Under the pieces are notes generated by a model that was not told where the DNA came from, searched no databases, and saw nothing but the letters and a program-made list of their open reading frames with translations. From Candidatus Latescibacterota bacterium (GTDB lineage: Bacteria; Latescibacterota; UBA2968; UBA8231), in assembly GCA_965205655.1 (NCBI GenBank), contig CBDBIJ010000046.1, positions 1 through 46,985 of the forward strand: a stretch of 46,985 nucleotides of DNA. The letters are read 5' to 3'. Of this stretch, positions 43,731 through 46,985 are shown piece after piece. The translations under genes were made by a program, and so were the position numbers. The first letter of the stretch is position 1. Each line of letters starts with the position of its first letter.

Positions 43731-44756
43731 ATGAGGGGACCGTCAAGTCATCTGAGGATGTGGTCTGTGCGGCCGGAAAGAGCAATCCTGTCACATTTGA
43801 GGCAAAGTATCGTGCTGCGGATTTCTGTGACCGCTGCGCTTGTCTGTTTCCTGGCGCTGTTCGTTGACCCTCACGAGATCTGGCTGACGCTGCGGCGAAC
43901 CGAGCCGTTGGCGTTCGGCGTACTTTCCGCAGGCGCCGCGCTTGGGATGGCCATTCAATGGAGGAAGTGGCAGCGCCTTCTTGAGTTCGTTCGTCCTTCG
44001 GCAACGCCGTGGGAGGGCCTCAGTTCACTGCTAGTCGGGTTCGGGTTCGGGCTCGTGACCCCCGGGCGATTGGGCGAATTGGGGCGCGGCAGCCTCCTGG
44101 ATACGGATCGAGCGGCTTCCACCGGCGCTGCGGTCGTGGACCGACTCTGCTCCTTCGGAGCCACCGTTACTTCCGGCCTTGCCGGTCTGGTCTTTTTGCG
44201 ACTACCGCTCGCATTGTTGCTGATCACGGCACTGTGTGCCTGCGGTCTGCTCATCCGCGGACGCCTGTCATCGCTCGAGGCATCGGTCGAGCGCTTCACC
44301 TGGCTTGGGCGCACCGCCGGCGTGTTTCTTGCCGGCATGCGCAGCGCCATCATCTCGGTGCCGGGAGGCCTGTGGCTGTCCACCTTGGCCTGGTCCATTC
44401 TCTTCAACCTCGTCTATCTGATTCAGTTCTTTGTCGTGGTGGGCGGCTGGATCGAACCAACTGTCGAGCTCGCGGCAATTACTCCGATCATTTTCGCTCT
44501 CAAAGCGCTCTTTCCTGTCGGTTTCATGGATCTCGGTGTTCGCGAGGGCGCCGCCGCGGTCGCATTCGTGTGGTTGAACCTCGAGCCGTCAATCGGCCTG
44601 AGCGCAGCTCTGCTCGTTTACGTCGCCAATGTGCTCTTACCCGGTCTCGCTGGAATCGTCCTCATCGGCCGTCAAACAGGCGCGCGGAACGGGACCCGCA
44701 GTTATGATGGCGACCAAGCGAATGGACTCGTGAGCACCTGCCGAGGAGGCCAGTGA
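43731..44756 (+). CDS. Lysylphosphatidylglycerol-synthase TM region (UPF0104, flippase-like) membrane protein
   Basis: RKWQRLL, GLVTPGRLGELGR, VVDR, P..DLGVREG; start uncertain. Confidence 0.85.
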   Translation: MRGPSSHLRMWSVRPERAILSHLRQSIVLRISVTAALVCFLALFVDPHEIWLTLRRTEPLAFGVLSAGAALGMAIQWRKWQRLLEFVRPSATPWEGLSSLLVGFGFGLVTPGRLGELGRGSLLDTDRAASTGAAVVDRLCSFGATVTSGLAGLVFLRLPLALLLITALCACGLLIRGRLSSLEASVERFTWLGRTAGVFLAGMRSAIISVPGGLWLSTLAWSILFNLVYLIQFFVVVGGWIEPTVELAAITPIIFALKALFPVGFMDLGVREGAAAVAFVWLNLEPSIGLSAALLVYVANVLLPGLAGIVLIGRQTGARNGTRSYDGDQANGLVSTCRGGQ

Positions 44757-44759
44757 GCG

Positions 44760-45422
44760 ATGGGAGCAAACGGGCCGCAGGCGCACGGGGACATCTGCGA
44801 GGTCGGACGGCGTCTTTATCTGCTGGGTTTTGTAGCCGCCGCTGCCGGCAATATCAGTACCCGCATCGGTGATGACCGTGTTCTGTGCACCCCGACCGGT
44901 GTGAGCAAGGGGTTCATGACCGAGGAGATGCTCGGGGTGTGCGATTTGGAAGGGAATAAGGTTGTGGGGGATCTTGAGATGTCTTCCGAAATCCTCATGC
45001 ACCTCGAGATCTACAAAGTGCGTCGCGACGTCGATGCCGTCGTCCACGCCCACCCGCCAACGGCAACCGGATTCGCGGCGGCTGGACTCGACCTGCCTGC
45101 CTGCGTGCTGCCGGAGATCGTCGTCGGCCTCGGCGCTATTCCCCTGGCACCCTATGGCACTCCGGGCGGGCCGGAGATCTTCGAACCCATGAGATCCTTC
45201 GTCGAAAAGCACGATGCAGTGCTGTTGGCCAATCACGGGGCCGTCGCCCTGGGCCGCGATGTCATGGATGCTCACTTCAAGATGGAAATGATTGAGCATT
45301 TCGCCAGAATCGCGCTCGTCTCGCACCAACTCGGAGGAGCGAATACGCTCACTCGCGAGCAGGTCGCGGAGCTCGCTGCTCGCTTCGGCCACCCGGCCCG
45401 GACCGGCGGCCTCGGCCGCTGA
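44760..45422 (+). CDS. Class II aldolase/adducin family protein (FucA-like)
   Basis: GNISTR, TPTG, SSEILMHLEIY, VVHAHP, LLANHG. Confidence 0.92.
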   Translation: MGANGPQAHGDICEVGRRLYLLGFVAAAAGNISTRIGDDRVLCTPTGVSKGFMTEEMLGVCDLEGNKVVGDLEMSSEILMHLEIYKVRRDVDAVVHAHPPTATGFAAAGLDLPACVLPEIVVGLGAIPLAPYGTPGGPEIFEPMRSFVEKHDAVLLANHGAVALGRDVMDAHFKMEMIEHFARIALVSHQLGGANTLTREQVAELAARFGHPARTGGLGR

Positions 45423-45442
45423 GTGGAGAATGGGGGGGGTCC

Positions 45443-46501
45443 ATGCAGCTTTCGAGCAGTTGGCGATACCTGATTCTCAACTGCGCGGCAGCAGTCATCA
45501 GCTCCGATGCTCCGGTCCAGGCTCAAACGGGCGGGCAATCCTCCGGGGCTGAGGTTGAGCCTCGCATGGTGCGCCTCGTGACCGAGGCAGAGTTTCACGC
45601 AGAGCGCGGGCGGCTGAATCTGGCGATTGAGAAATACGAACAGGCGCTCGAGGCCGGCGCCGGTAGCGCCGCAGTGCTCAATAGACTTGCGGAGCTCTAC
45701 ATGGCCGCAGGAGAGTTTAGTGAGGCGATCAAAATGCTCCGCCGATCTTTATCCGAAAAACCCGGGCAGCTGCTCGTGTATTCCCGTTTGGGAGAAGTCT
45801 TTCTGGCTCTGGGCAGACCAGATTCGGCGATTGCTTGTGTTGAAGAAGCGCGTGATTTGTCTCCCGGGGCCAGCCAGATTCGCAGTTCACTTGGATTCCT
45901 CTATCTCCAATCGGGCCTGCCGGAGCGCGCGAAAGCCGAGCTCGATACGGCACTGGCGCTAAACGGGCGCAATCCGGAAGCCCATCGATTCATGGGCCTC
46001 TACTACACCCAGCTCGAATCGCTCGCAACGGCAATCCACCACTACGAGCGCATTCTCGAAATCGATTCAAACGACATCGAGGCGCACAACAACATCGCCT
46101 TTCTTCATTCTGCCCTCAGGGATTACGACGAGGCAATGGAGTATTACAGACGTACGAAAAAACTGACCGCAGACCCTAATCTGCTGCACGCCGTCAACCT
46201 CAGTATGGATGCCATCTGGGCAATCCTGAACGGCAAGATGAGGGCGCGTTACATTCTGATGGATTCCGAGTCCGAGGGAAAGGGAATACTCAGACGGCTC
46301 GAGCAGGGAGAGGAGTTCGGCTCTCTGGCCGCTCGATTCTCGAAAGCACCGAATGCGCGGGACGGGGGAGATCTGGGCTTTTTCGGCCCCGGCGACATGC
46401 TGCCCCAGGTGGAGGAGGCGGTCATGAAACTGAATGTTGACGAGGTGAGCGACTTGATTTTGCTCGACCAGGGAGTAATGATCATCCAGCGATTGAACTG
46501 A
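45443..46501 (+). CDS. Secreted TPR-repeat protein with C-terminal parvulin-type PPIase domain
   Basis: Signal-like N-terminus, about six TPR motifs, then GEEFGSLAARFS..GGDLGFF. Confidence 0.85.
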   Translation: MQLSSSWRYLILNCAAAVISSDAPVQAQTGGQSSGAEVEPRMVRLVTEAEFHAERGRLNLAIEKYEQALEAGAGSAAVLNRLAELYMAAGEFSEAIKMLRRSLSEKPGQLLVYSRLGEVFLALGRPDSAIACVEEARDLSPGASQIRSSLGFLYLQSGLPERAKAELDTALALNGRNPEAHRFMGLYYTQLESLATAIHHYERILEIDSNDIEAHNNIAFLHSALRDYDEAMEYYRRTKKLTADPNLLHAVNLSMDAIWAILNGKMRARYILMDSESEGKGILRRLEQGEEFGSLAARFSKAPNARDGGDLGFFGPGDMLPQVEEAVMKLNVDEVSDLILLDQGVMIIQRLN

Positions 46502-46602
46502 GGCTGGAACTCGAAACGGCCAGAGGCAAGTGGTTGGAGTCACTCAGCTGCCTCTGGCCGCTAGGGAGGGTGCGAGCCCAGACCGGGAAGGCTCGCACTC
46601 AG

Positions 46603-46644
46603 TTGGACGCCTTATGCGATCATTTGGACGCCTTATGCGATCAT
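46603..46644. repeat. 21-bp perfect tandem repeat x2
   Basis: TTGGACGCCTTATGCGATCAT twice, next to a GGTGCGAGCC/GGCTCGCACT hairpin. Confidence 0.9.
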
Positions 46645-46985
46645 TGGTTCCAGACGGTGCCCGCCGAACGCTTCAGCGTTGCTGCGGCGACGTTCCCGGG
46701 ATTGGCGCCCGTGTCACTGAGCGGTTGAGATTGGGTATCGCAATCAGTTGCTGCACAATGAATTAAGAGAATTGTGATCGAGCCTCGCTCGCGGCCGAAA
46801 GCGGATCCGCCGATCGCGGGAACAACGGTGGAAGTGATGATCTTCCATTGCCTCTAGTGTGCTGTCGCAGAGATTACTTTAATAAGTTTGTAGGCCCTGA
46901 GGCTGCACGTTCTCTCTGGTAAGCCGACGGGCCAAACCGCTTTGAGGCTCGATACTAATGCAACAAATTTCCGCGACGCCACACT

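Noticed and set aside
46603..46644. CRISPR array
   Set aside because: Only two directly abutting copies, no spacer, no cas genes.

Overview
High-GC (~60%) bacterial chromosomal region made mostly of housekeeping genes. Gene style (short sigma-70 lacking region 1.1, OM barrel, lipoproteins) suggests a diderm, possibly FCB-group/Latescibacterota-like genome; this is inference only. Recognisable genes: tRNA-Leu(CAG), smpB, rph, a sigma-70 factor, hisN, holA, trxA, clpX, epmA, clpP, hflK/hflC, coaE, gcvT/gcvP, a TrmJ-like methylase, an M16 peptidase pair, murQ, valS, an RqcH/NFACT protein and ychF. One complete IS30-family element (33465-34711, 26-bp IRs, 2-bp AC target duplication) splits a ~537-aa sulfatase-like gene that can be rejoined in frame. 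The first ~12.5 kb carries six single-base frameshifts and one in-frame amber, most likely read or assembly errors. Most notable items: a Zn-ribbon (DUF2225-like)/degenerate-GGDEF fusion; a DnaC/IstB-like ATPase embedded in the smpB-rph operon; a monoheme cytochrome-porin (Cyc2-like architecture); an AI-2E transporter with an inserted Ig-like domain next to a cNMP-binding protein; a ClpP lacking the catalytic Asp, apparently on a leaderless mRNA; an internally deleted OmpA-type gene; an orphan FliN-like gene; and an unannotated 52-aa ORF.
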